DNA of 64,000 bases from an uncultured Acidobacteriota bacterium (GCA_963750475.1 CAVVQQ010000003.1:513191-577190); one strand, 5' to 3'; numbered from the stretch's first letter, positions 41,874 to 50,971 are shown. Notes: a model not told the origin generated them from the sequence alone. Numbers and translations are program-made.

Positions 41874-42369
41874 ATGGACGACCGACCAACAGATCCTGGC
41901 ATTCCAAGTCGAGCAAATCGATCACGTCGAATTGTTCGTTCCCGATCGGCAGCAGGCAGCCGAATGGTATCGAGCGGTGCTCGGGCTGACCGCCCTCCCG
42001 GCCTACGAACGGTGGGCGGCCGATCCGCAGGGGCCGCTGATGATCTCCAGCGACGGCGGAAAGACGAAGCTGGCGCTCTTTCAGGGCCGTCCATCGGCGC
42101 CTCGGCCGCACGGCGAGCGGCCGGAAAAGCATCTCGAGAGAGCCGGTTTCGATCGGGTTGCGTTCCGGGTCGGCGCCGCGTCGTTCAAGCGCTTCGTGGA
42201 CAGTCTCGCTGACCTGAACCTTGTCGACGACCGGGGACGGCCGGTGACGGTAGATGCGGTGGCGGATCACACGGTGGCCCTGTCGATCTATTTCTGCGAC
42301 CCGTTTGGCCATCGGCTGGAGCTGACCACCTACGAATACGCACAGGCGAAAGCGCTTCTGGGGCGCTGA
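41874..42369 (+). pseudogene. VOC-family (glyoxalase/bleomycin-resistance/dioxygenase fold) protein, probable extra G right after the ATG
   Basis: IDHVELFVPDRQQAAEWYRAVLGL...DHTVALSIYFCDPFGHRLEL is a VOC fold. Reading ATG[G]ACGACC without the bracketed base gives MTTDQQILAFQVEQIDHVELF. Otherwise only a TTG at 41932 is available as a start. Confidence 0.65.
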
Positions 42370-42420
42370 CGCGACGGTGGCCGTCGCCGCCAGGGGTTCT
42401 CCATCGGTGCTGGAGGTCGT

Positions 42421-42879
42421 ATGACTGACACGCCCGCCGAACTGCTCGCACGGTTGACTGCCGCCATGAACCGGCAGGACCTGGCCGCCTTCGTCGCGTG
42501 CTTCGACGCGGGCTACGAGAGCGAGCAGCCGGCGCACCCGGACCGCCGGTTCCGCGGCGCCGCGCAGGTGGAGCGCAACTGGTCGGCGCTCTTCGGCGCG
42601 CTGCCCAACTTCCAGGTCGAGGTGGTTCGGAATGTCGTCGAGGGGGACGAGCTGTGGGTGGAGTGGCGGTGGACGGGGACCCGCGCCGACGGGACTCGCC
42701 TGGACAGCCGCGGTGCCTGCATCTTCGGTGTGCGGGCCGCCCGCCTCGCCTGGGGGCGACTCTACATGGAGGATGTCGCGACGGGGCAGGGCATCCGCGC
42801 CGCGGTCGCGACGCTCGCCGCGGGCGATGCCCCGGCTCGGCCGCGGGACAACCGGGGAAGTTCACCGGACCCCACTTGA
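42421..42879 (+). CDS. SnoaL-like / NTF2-fold protein
   Basis: 152 aa. The layout LARLTAAMNRQDLAAFVACFDAGYESEQPAHPDRRFRGAAQVERNW...DELWVEWRWTGT is typical of SnoaL_2. Confidence 0.7.
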   Translation: MTDTPAELLARLTAAMNRQDLAAFVACFDAGYESEQPAHPDRRFRGAAQVERNWSALFGALPNFQVEVVRNVVEGDELWVEWRWTGTRADGTRLDSRGACIFGVRAARLAWGRLYMEDVATGQGIRAAVATLAAGDAPARPRDNRGSSPDPT

Positions 42880-43101
42880 TACGTGCGGCCGCAGCCCGTG
42901 TGAAGTCACAGAGCCGCAGTCGGCAGGCAGGGCGACGCGTCAGCGACCGCGTGCAATTGCGTGGGCGGCCGTGCGGCGTCGCGCTGCGGATTCGTCGTCC
43001 ACGGCAAGCAAATGGTTCTTCTGGTGATTGACGCGCCGGCGTCGCAGCTCAGATGATTCGTCCACCGCGATTCCCGGTGCGATGCAAGAGGGACTAGAGC
43101 G

Positions 43102-43572
43102 ATGAGGGAGACGATTGCTGGGACTCGGCGTTCGGCTCGATTACTCCGAACGGCGCTCGTTCTTCTCGTCTTGCTGACGGCGTGCAATTCCGTCCGTGGT
43201 TGTGCAGAATCCGAGTTCACACTGGCGGCGCAGTCACGTGTGCCGAGATGGTTTTCGCTTCCGACCGGCGTCCCACGCAGTGAGGTGACAGTCGTCCTCG
43301 TGTATTACACGGCTCCGATCATGGGGCCTCCGATGGCGGAGGTGACACTGCGCTCCAGTCGCGGCGAAACATTGAACAAGGTGGTTGCGACGCTAAGTGG
43401 AGAACCGCAAGGGCTGGAGCCGCAGTCAGGATCGAATCGAATCCCATATCCGATCTACGAAGTCTTGACCGCGAACGGCATTACGGAAGTGATCGAACAT
43501 CGGCGCATGGAGCCAATGTTCTACATCCACGACGATTTGGAGATCCGTCGAAAGCTGGCTGTCGACCGGTAA
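43102..43572 (+). CDS. Lipoprotein, hypothetical
   Basis: 156 aa with a signal peptide and lipobox (LVLLVLLTAC). Confidence 0.5.
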   Translation: MRETIAGTRRSARLLRTALVLLVLLTACNSVRGCAESEFTLAAQSRVPRWFSLPTGVPRSEVTVVLVYYTAPIMGPPMAEVTLRSSRGETLNKVVATLSGEPQGLEPQSGSNRIPYPIYEVLTANGITEVIEHRRMEPMFYIHDDLEIRRKLAVDR

Positions 43573-43700
43573 CGGTGAGGTGCCAATCGGTCCCGCGCTG
43601 CGTCTGACGACCAGCCCCGGCAAGCAGTAGACTCGTCCGGTGATCGACCCGAGGGGGCGGTGACGGTTCATCCAATGGAATCTGACGGGGCACGGCCGAA

Positions 43701-43901
43701 GTGACCGCCGTGCGCCGCCGGGCTGCGATTAGCCGCATGCGCTTCGGTGCGCTGGCCGTGCTGGCCATCCTGGTCGCAGCGCCGGGCATTCACCTCTTCG
43801 AACTGTGGCTGGCCCCCTCGGCCGCGTTCTATCTAAGTCACGTTATGGCGCTGGCTCTGCTGGCCGTGGTGATCTGGCGCTGGCGCGCTTCACGCCCGTA
43901 G
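43701..43901 (+). CDS. Small membrane protein, hypothetical
   Basis: 66 aa with two hydrophobic helices. A heptamer array starts right after its stop codon. Confidence 0.35.
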   Translation: MTAVRRRAAISRMRFGALAVLAILVAAPGIHLFELWLAPSAAFYLSHVMALALLAVVIWRWRASRP

Positions 43902-43965
43902 CCAGTAACGGTAGCCGGTAACCAGTAGCCAGTAACGACCGGTAGCCTGTAATCAGTAACGCTGA
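43902..43965. repeat. Tandem heptamer array (AGCCAGT / AACCAGT / AGCCGGT), about 9 units
   Basis: gccagta acggtag ccggtaa ccagtag ccagtaa cgaccggtag cctgtaa tcagtaa. It abuts the stop codon at 43899-43901. Confidence 0.85.
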
Positions 43966-44080
43966 CGCTCAGGCCGTCGGGCGTCGCGTGGCGGCGGCCT
44001 CCCTGGAGATTGTGGACTGGCAAGCACCGAGCGCGTGTTCCGCAGACCAGACGACGGATGTACGAAGGCGAGGCAAGACA

Positions 44081-44522
44081 ATGAAAGTCGACGTATCGAG
44101 CGTCGTCGTCATCCAGCGGCCGCCAGGCGAAGTGGCCGAATACGCCGCGAATCCCGACAATGCTCCAGTCTGGTACGTCAACATCAAGGCGGTCGAATGG
44201 AAAACGCCGCCGCCGCTGGCGGTCGGCTCGCGGCTGGCGTTCGTCGCGCAGTTTCTCGGGCGGCGGATGGCGTACACCTACGAGGTCGTGGAGTGGCTAT
44301 CCGGCGAGCGCTTCGTGATGCGAACCGCCGAAGGGCCGTTCCCGATGGAAACCACCTACACCTGGGAAGCGGCGCCCGACGCCGCCACCCGGATGACGCT
44401 GCGCAATCGAGGCGAGGCGCGCGGGTTTTCGATGCTGGTCGCGCCGTTCCTGGCAGGCGCGGTCCGGCGCGCCAACCGGAAGGATTCTCGCGGCCCTCAA
44501 GAGACTTCTCGAGAGCCGCTGA
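44081..44522 (+). pseudogene. SRPBCC-family (polyketide cyclase/dehydrase-like) protein, one extra base near 44487
   Basis: Starts at MKVDVSSVVVIQRPPGEVAEYAANPDNAPVWY...ERFVMRTAEGPFPMETTYTWE. After ANRKD the +1 frame gives LAALKRLLESR and then a stop. Confidence 0.7.
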
Positions 44523-44561
44523 ACACAGCACGGACCCAATTCACCGATCCGGGTTCTAACC

Positions 44562-45260
44562 ATGGTGACGATGGGGCCGCGCCTTTTCATTGCCTGCTCG
44601 TGCGTCGTTGCCTGGGCCCTTGCGGCTGGCGCCCAGGCGCCTGAGAACGTGGCCCGCCGCCGCGTGCCGTTTCGCAGTCCTGAAGTCGGGTTGCCGCTGA
44701 CCCCGTACAGCCTCGGCAGCGCCATGGCGGAGGTCGCCTGGGCCGCCAACGTCCCGATCGGTTACGAAGCGCTGTCGGATGAATCGTGGCAGCCGGCCCC
44801 GTCGGAGGCAAGCCTCAGGACGGCGGGTCTCACCCTCGGCGAAATCCTCGACGACATCGTGACAAGGGAGCCACGCTATCAGTGGGCCGTGGACGACGCC
44901 GTCGTGCATCTGCGCCCGAGGACTGCCATCGAGGATCCAGGGAATATACTGAATCGCCCGCTCGACGAGTTTGTCCTGAACGACGCAACGTTGCCGGAGG
45001 CGCTTCGGGAGATTCGAATCGCCCTGCGGCCTGAGCTGAGGCATGGCGGTACTCTGGGCTCGGGCCCGGGGCCGTCGGCACTCGGCCGCCGCCGGTTCAG
45101 TGTCAGCCTGGGGCGGACGACACTGCTGCAGGCGCTCGATGCCATCGTCAAAGCGCACGGCGCGTCGAGCTGGCGTGTGACCTACGAGACGGATCGTGGC
45201 GTTCCATATCCGGATCGCATCAGCTTCGAGACGTTCGACGGATGGGGACAAACCTCGTAG
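44562..45260 (+). CDS. Secreted hypothetical protein
   Basis: 232-aa ORF with a signal peptide (LFIACSCVVAWALAAGAQA). No family recognised. Confidence 0.5.
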   Translation: MVTMGPRLFIACSCVVAWALAAGAQAPENVARRRVPFRSPEVGLPLTPYSLGSAMAEVAWAANVPIGYEALSDESWQPAPSEASLRTAGLTLGEILDDIVTREPRYQWAVDDAVVHLRPRTAIEDPGNILNRPLDEFVLNDATLPEALREIRIALRPELRHGGTLGSGPGPSALGRRRFSVSLGRTTLLQALDAIVKAHGASSWRVTYETDRGVPYPDRISFETFDGWGQTS

Positions 45261-45367
45261 CGCCGCGTCGTGGACTCCGACGCACGACGACGCCGGAGTT
45301 CGGACAAGGGAGGTGACGCCTGACGCCTGTTGATGATCTCGAGGCCGTTCGCGCCGAACTGGAAGCG

Positions 45368-45874
45368 GTGTCGACTCGCGCCAGCCGCCTTCGCCGCCTG
45401 CCGGACGCGACGCTCAGACTCCGCCCTCCCGCGGGCGGGTGGTCGGCGCTCGAGTGCGTCGCGCATCTCAATGTCACGTCCGACGCCTTCCTGCCGGTGT
45501 TGTCCGCGGGACTCGGCCGCGCCCCTGCTTCACAAAGCACGGCGCCGATGCGGTTGGGACTGCTGGCGAACCTCTTCCTCTGGTACATGAATCCTCCGTA
45601 TCGCATCGGGTCGAGGACGCCGGTCCGATTCGAACCGGCGCCGACAGAGGACGCCGCGGCGGTGTTCGACGGCTTCGAGGCCCGTCAGGCCCGCGTCGTG
45701 GCGCTTCTTCAGCAGGCGCAGGGCCGCCGGCTCGACCAGGTCAAGGTCGTATCCCCTTTCGACGCGCGGTTCTCCTATAACCTCTTCGCGGCATTCCGGC
45801 TGTTCGCCGCCCACGAGCGGCGGCACCTCTGGCAGGCCGAAAGGGCCGCGGCGGCCGGGGCGCCGGCCACCTGA
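45368..45874 (+). CDS. DinB-superfamily protein
   Basis: GGWSALECVAHLNVTSDAFLP and the C-terminal FAAHERRHLWQAERA match the DinB_2 metal-binding His pattern. The start is uncertain (GTG at 45368). Confidence 0.7.
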   Translation: MSTRASRLRRLPDATLRLRPPAGGWSALECVAHLNVTSDAFLPVLSAGLGRAPASQSTAPMRLGLLANLFLWYMNPPYRIGSRTPVRFEPAPTEDAAAVFDGFEARQARVVALLQQAQGRRLDQVKVVSPFDARFSYNLFAAFRLFAAHERRHLWQAERAAAAGAPAT

Positions 45875-45939
45875 CCTGAGCCTGCCGTGCGGCGGATTCT
45901 CCGTGATACCCTCCAGCTGAAATCGGAGGCGCAGTACCC

Positions 45940-46700
45940 ATGGCCAGTATCACAGCGACCAGCACCGCAACCCGTTCGCTGACGCGCCCCGCCGGCACCC
46001 ACGACCGCCTGTTCTACGGCGGCATGGCCGTCGCCCTGGGGCTGGCGGTGCTCGCCGGGTTTGCGCCGACCTACTACCTGCGCTTCCTCCACGGCGGCCC
46101 GACTGCGACACTCAGCGGCGGACCGTTCACCCGACTCGTCCACATCCACGGGGCGCTCTTCACGACCTGGATGCTGTTCTTCATCGTCCAGACGGCGCTC
46201 GTCGCCAGCCGCCGGGTGGCGATCCACCGACGGCTCGGTATCGCGGGCGCCGTGCTCGCCGCCGCCATGGTCGCGGCGGGGACGTCCCTCGCAATCGCCA
46301 CCGCGGCCCGCGGCTCGTCACCTCCGGGATGACGCCCCTCGCCTTCCTGGTCATTCCTCTCTTCGACATGATCATGTTCGCGACGTTCATCACCACCGCT
46401 CTCGTCAAACGGCGCGACAAGGAAGCGCACAAGCGCCTGATGCTGCTCGCCTACGTCAGCATCGTCACCGCCGCCCTGGCACGGCTTCCCGGCATCCTTC
46501 CGCTGGGGCCTCCGGCGTTCTTCGGCCTGTCACTCCTGTTCGTGGTCGCCGGCATGGTTTACGACCGCGTGTCGCGCGGGCGGATCCACCGCGTCTACCT
46601 GTGGGGCGGCGCGCTCATCGTCGTGTCGATCCCGCTGCGCCTGGCGATTTCGTCGACGGCCGCCTGGCGGGCACTCGCGGGGATGCTAATCGGGAGCTGA
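45940..46700 (+). pseudogene. 7-TM membrane protein, read as one gene with a frame change at about 46325, or as two ATGA-overlapping ORFs (45940-46332, 46329-46700)
   Basis: LVHIHGALFTTWMLFFIVQTALVASRRVAIHRRLG in the first ORF and KEAHKRLMLLAYVSIV in the second look like halves of one membrane-protein family. The junction reads ccgggATGAcg. Confidence 0.5.
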
Positions 46701-46702
46701 TA

Positions 46703-47104
46703 CAGCTTCCGGCTTCCGGCTTCCCGCTGTTGCCAGTAGCCAGTTGCCAGTTGCCAGTAGCCGGTAGCCAGTAGCCAGTACCACGGCACTGGCAGAACTG
46801 ACCTTACGGAACTCTGCGCAGAACTGAACCTCGGAGAACCGAACCCCGCAGAACCCTGCGGAACCCTGCACAACCCGGCAGAACGCATATCCTGCAGAAC
46901 CCTGTGGAACCCCGCAGAACTCGGTGGAACCCTTTTGAACCCCGCAGAACCCTGCAGAACAGAACCCTGCAGAACTGAACCCTGCAGAACAGAACCCTGC
47001 AGAACAGAACCTTGTAGAACCGAACCTTGGAGAACCGAACCTTGGAGAACCGAACCCTGCAGAACCCTGTGGAACCCCGAAGAACCCCGTAGAACCCGTA
47101 GAAT
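46703..47104. repeat. 400-nt composite tandem-repeat tract (heptamers CGGCTTC / GCCAGTN, then about 15-nt units GAACCCTGCAGAACA)
   Basis: cagcttc cggcttc cggcttc...tgccagt agccagt tgccagt..., then agaaccctgcagaac repeated about 8 times with variants (cgaaccttggagaac), decaying to cccgtagaac. It spans from 3 nt after the upstream stop to 6 nt before the M28 ATG. Confidence 0.9.
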
Positions 47105-47110
47105 GGATGG

Positions 47111-48715
47111 ATGCGCTTTCTGTCCACGGCTTCGGTCGTTGCCTGCCTCACGGTGTCCGTCGCCGCCCAGCCTGGCGAGAAGATCGATCTCCAGACGATT
47201 GCGAAGATTCGCGGCGAGGGGATGAATCACTCGCAGGTGATGGATCATCTCAGCTGGATGACGGATGTCTACGGCCCGCGTCTGACCGGCAGCCCGGCGA
47301 TTCTCCAGGCCAGCGACTGGGCGATGGGGAGGATGAAGGACTGGGGGCTCGCCAACGTCCATCGCGAGACGTTCGCGTTCGGCAAAGGCTGGGCGCTGGT
47401 GCGCTTCAACGCGCAGATGATCGAGCCGCAGGTCCAGCCGATTATCGGCTACCCGGCGCCGTGGACCGGCAGCACGAAAGGCACGGTCGTGGCCCCGGTG
47501 GTGCGCGTCGAGATCGCCGCCGAGTCGGACTTCGAGAGGTATCGCGGCAAGCTCGCCGGTGCGATCGTGCTGCAGCAGGCCGCGCGTGCGGTGCCGCTGC
47601 TCGAGGGTCCGGTCGTGCACCATGCCGCGCCGGGTGACGCACCGGTCATCACCGCCGCCGCCCCGATTGCCGCACCGTTGCCGGACGCCGCCGCGCGCCT
47701 TGCCGCCCAGCGCGCGCTGGTTGCCAAAACCGCGCAGTTCTTCAAGGACGAAGGGGTGGTCGCGATCTTCAATCGCGGCGCCGACGCGGTGCGCGTGCCC
47801 GCCGGCGTCGGGCTGACGGTCGAGGTCCAGCGGACCGACGGCGGCACAATCTTCCCGACTTCCACCGGCGCCCGCGGCGCGGATGCCGGCACCGCCGTCC
47901 CGATCGTCACGATTGCGGTCGAGCACTACAACCGCATGATCCGCGTGCTGGCGAAGGGCCTGCCGGTGAAGGTCGAACTGACGCTCGAGACGAAGCTCTT
48001 CGACGAGTCGTCGCCGAACGGCTTCAACACGATCGCCGAAATCCCCGGCACGGATCCGGCGCTCAAGGACGAGGTCGTCATCATCGGCGCGCACTTCGAT
48101 TCCCTGCAGGCCGGCACCGGCGCCACCGACAATGCCGCCGGCTCGGCGGCGATGATGGAAGCGATGCGCATCCTCAAGGCGATCGGTGCCAGACCGCGGC
48201 GGACGATCCGGCTGGCGCTGTGGGGTGGAGAAGAGCAGGGGCTGCTCGGGTCGAAGGCCTACGTCAGGGATCACTTCGCTGATCCGGCCGACATGCAGCC
48301 CAAGCCGGACCACGCGCGGGTCACCGCCTACTTCAACTCCGACAACGGCGCCGGGCGCGTCCGCGGCATCTGGACGCAGGGCAACACCGCCGCCGCGGCG
48401 GTCTTCGAGCAGTGGATGAAGCCGCTTGCCGATCTCGGCGTCACCGCGCTCGGCGCGCGCTCGGTCGGCTCGACCGATCACGTCTCCTTCGACGCCGTCG
48501 GCCTGCCCGGCTTCCAGTTCATGGTCGACCGCCTCGAGTACAACTCCCGCACCCACCACTCGAACATGGACGTCTACGACCGCGTCCCGAAAGACGACCT
48601 GGTCCAGCAGGCCGTCGTTTCGGCGGTGTTCGCCTACGAGGCCGCGATGCGCGACGACAAGCTGCCGCGCAAGCCGCTGCCGCCACCGCCCGCGCCGCGC
48701 TCGACCGCACGGTAG
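47111..48715 (+). CDS. M28-family aminopeptidase (secreted)
   Basis: 534-aa intact ORF with a signal peptide. NTIAEIPGTDPALKDEVVIIGAHFDS...GATDNAAGSAAMMEAMR...LWGGEEQGLLGS are the M28 zinc-ligand motifs. Confidence 0.85.
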   Translation: MRFLSTASVVACLTVSVAAQPGEKIDLQTIAKIRGEGMNHSQVMDHLSWMTDVYGPRLTGSPAILQASDWAMGRMKDWGLANVHRETFAFGKGWALVRFNAQMIEPQVQPIIGYPAPWTGSTKGTVVAPVVRVEIAAESDFERYRGKLAGAIVLQQAARAVPLLEGPVVHHAAPGDAPVITAAAPIAAPLPDAAARLAAQRALVAKTAQFFKDEGVVAIFNRGADAVRVPAGVGLTVEVQRTDGGTIFPTSTGARGADAGTAVPIVTIAVEHYNRMIRVLAKGLPVKVELTLETKLFDESSPNGFNTIAEIPGTDPALKDEVVIIGAHFDSLQAGTGATDNAAGSAAMMEAMRILKAIGARPRRTIRLALWGGEEQGLLGSKAYVRDHFADPADMQPKPDHARVTAYFNSDNGAGRVRGIWTQGNTAAAAVFEQWMKPLADLGVTALGARSVGSTDHVSFDAVGLPGFQFMVDRLEYNSRTHHSNMDVYDRVPKDDLVQQAVVSAVFAYEAAMRDDKLPRKPLPPPPAPRSTAR

Positions 48716-48756
48716 CGGCTGGGCCCGTCGCAGCTAATCTGAGATCAGGCGCTCAG

Positions 48757-50193
48757 TCACTCTCCACGCATCAGGCGGGCTGGTTCGATGCGGAGCGCGC
48801 GGCGCAGCGGTACCGCGGCCGCCAGGATCAGGGCCAGCGAAATGACGCCAACACTGAGGGCAACATTCGTCGTCGACGCTGGAACCAGTCCTGCCTGCGC
48901 AGCGGCGGCGAGGCGCGTTGCCGATACACTTAGCGTCATTCCGACGGCCGTGGCAGCCATCCACCAGCGCAGCACCGACGTCGTCACCGCCCTGCGGGCC
49001 TGCGCCGGCGTGGCGCCGATCGCCTGGCGAATCGCGATCTCCCTCGACCGACATGCGACAAGATGGGATGTGGCCGCAAAGGCTCCAAGCGCCACCAATA
49101 GGATTGTTACTCCCGCAAACACAGCCCCGACCGCCGCGTAAGCGGCAATCTGTTCGACCTCCTGAAATCGCGCGCTGCCGATGGTCCTGGGGGTGCCCAC
49201 TGACAGCCCCGGCACGCTTCGCTCGACGAACTCCTGCAGCGGCTGTGCGCGGATTGCACCGCCGCCGGTCCGATTTGTCGCCTTCATCAACAACACGAGA
49301 TCGTGCGTGCTCGATGGCGTCCCCGGCCTGTCGGCAACCCTCGCGAAATGAACATAAACGACCGGCAGTTCCTCTGCATCCCAGATGCTCCGCCTGACGT
49401 CACGCGCAATCCCGATGATGGTTGCGCTGCTCTCGAGGCTAGGGACGCGGACGGACTTGCCGATCGCCGCGTCCGTTGCGCCAAACCGTTGCTTCGCCAG
49501 CGAGGCATATTTATTTTGCGGTTGGCCGAGCACCTGCACCTGGAGGATGCTGACGACCGTGCGGCCTCGGGCATCCTTCGCGAACACTGGCCCCGTCGTC
49601 AGGGGCATGAAGAGGTCGACGTCAGTGCTGGGAAACGCGTGTCGATCCCGCACGACGCCGACGACGCGGCAATTCTGACCTTCGACGGCCAGGTCCTGAT
49701 TCACGGCGGCTGCGTCGCCGCCGAAGATACGCAGAGCAAATCGCTGCGTCAGAACCGCTGCACACGGCGTCACGTTCTCGTCTTGCAGTCGCATGACGCG
49801 TCCGGCAATCGGCGTGACGCCGAGCGTGCTGAAAAAGTTGCCGCTGACGCGTGCGGCGACGCCGCGGGCTGTCCCTCGTGCCCCCGTCGAGAAGGAGACC
49901 TCAGATCGCTGATACGCCGCAAGGGACGCAAAGGCCTCCCCATAGTTCCGCCATCCTGCATAGTCTGGGGCCGTGATGGTGTCGCGGCCGCGGGACGCGA
50001 CCCATCCTGTGCGGACCGGCTGAACCAGGGCCGGCCCGTTCGGGAACACAGCGGCCTGGCGATTCAGCGCGACGCCGACCGCCGACATTGTCATCCCCAG
50101 CGCCATCGCTAGACCGAGAGTCGACACCACCGCCACGGCCACACCTGGTCGTCGCCGCCACGGTCGGAACGCGAGCCTCCAGGCTTGTGGCAT
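48757..50193 (-). CDS. FtsX/MacB-type ABC transporter permease (ADOP-like, single module), no ATPase partner in the window
   Basis: 478 aa. Layout is N-terminal TM (GVAVAVVSTLGLAMALGM), a large periplasmic domain, and a C-terminal FtsX 3-TM bundle (REIAIRQAIGATPAQARRAV). Confidence 0.75.
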   Translation of the reverse strand: MPQAWRLAFRPWRRRPGVAVAVVSTLGLAMALGMTMSAVGVALNRQAAVFPNGPALVQPVRTGWVASRGRDTITAPDYAGWRNYGEAFASLAAYQRSEVSFSTGARGTARGVAARVSGNFFSTLGVTPIAGRVMRLQDENVTPCAAVLTQRFALRIFGGDAAAVNQDLAVEGQNCRVVGVVRDRHAFPSTDVDLFMPLTTGPVFAKDARGRTVVSILQVQVLGQPQNKYASLAKQRFGATDAAIGKSVRVPSLESSATIIGIARDVRRSIWDAEELPVVYVHFARVADRPGTPSSTHDLVLLMKATNRTGGGAIRAQPLQEFVERSVPGLSVGTPRTIGSARFQEVEQIAAYAAVGAVFAGVTILLVALGAFAATSHLVACRSREIAIRQAIGATPAQARRAVTTSVLRWWMAATAVGMTLSVSATRLAAAAQAGLVPASTTNVALSVGVISLALILAAAVPLRRALRIEPARLMRGE

Positions 50194-50465
50194 GTGATTG
50201 GTTCACTCCGATCCGGCGAACTCGCGCAGCGCAGCGCTGCCGGCCACGACAGTCGTGAACGCATACACGGACACGTACGACGGCCCGGTGCGCTCCCGCA
50301 GTCTGGTCGGTATCCGCATGCCGCCGACGGTTGTCGTCGCCTCGACGGTGACGACGCGGGGCATCATCCCGGCGCTGGTTTCCCCCGTCGTCGACCAGCC
50401 AGCGATAGTGGAGCCCACTTTTCGGATAAACAGCGTGCAGACGGGCTCCCCGGCCTTTGTGATCT

Positions 50466-50735
50466 CTAGCGGAGTCGTGCGCTCGCCGTTGAAGGAGGTC
50501 TCGGGCCCCGCGCGGACCGTATCGGCGTGGCCTGCGGTGGGTGACGGCGAACGTCAGTGAAATCCCGGTCGAGCGTAACGAGAACCCGACCCTCCGATGC
50601 GGCCACGCCGAGCATCCGCTCATCGACGGCGCCGACCAGTTCCTGGTCACGCGCAAGCGCGACGTCGTGGCCCGCCTCGCGCAACACGGTTGCGACGGAA
50701 TCGGGCACGTTCTCGTCGAGCTTGACCGCCGCCAC
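50466..50735 (-). CDS. DUF5615-family (PIN-like) putative toxin
   Basis: VKLDENVPDSVATVLREAGHDVALARDQELVGAVDERMLGVAASEGRVLVTLDRDF is the DUF5615 pattern. The C-terminal ~25 aa look atypical, so there may be a frame change. Confidence 0.65.
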   Translation of the reverse strand: MAAVKLDENVPDSVATVLREAGHDVALARDQELVGAVDERMLGVAASEGRVLVTLDRDFTDVRRHPPQATPIRSARGPRPPSTASARLR

Positions 50736-50740
50736 GATCG

Positions 50741-50971
50741 TCAGGCGGTCAAGGGAACGATCCGGTCTCTGGCAAGATCGGCAGCGTAGGCGAGCGCGGC
50801 CCGCACTGCGTCCGCTGGCAGCGTGGGATAGTCGGCGTGCAATTCTTCGGGCGTGACGCCCGCGGCGAGATTGTCCAGTACCACCGAAACCGGAATTCGG
50901 GTGTTCCGGAAACGAGGCGATCCGTGAAGCGTGTCGGGTGTGGAAACGATGTGATCCTGCCAGCGCAACAT
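50741..50971 (-). CDS. DUF433-family putative antitoxin
   Basis: GSPRFRNTRIPVSVVLDNLAAGVTPEELHADYPTLPADAVRAALAYA matches DUF433. It ends 5 nt upstream of the DUF5615 gene. Confidence 0.8.
   Translation of the reverse strand: MLRWQDHIVSTPDTLHGSPRFRNTRIPVSVVLDNLAAGVTPEELHADYPTLPADAVRAALAYAADLARDRIVPLTA

Noticed and set aside
46595-48559. 654-aa minus-strand ORF containing (VLQGS)n
   Set aside because: placeholder
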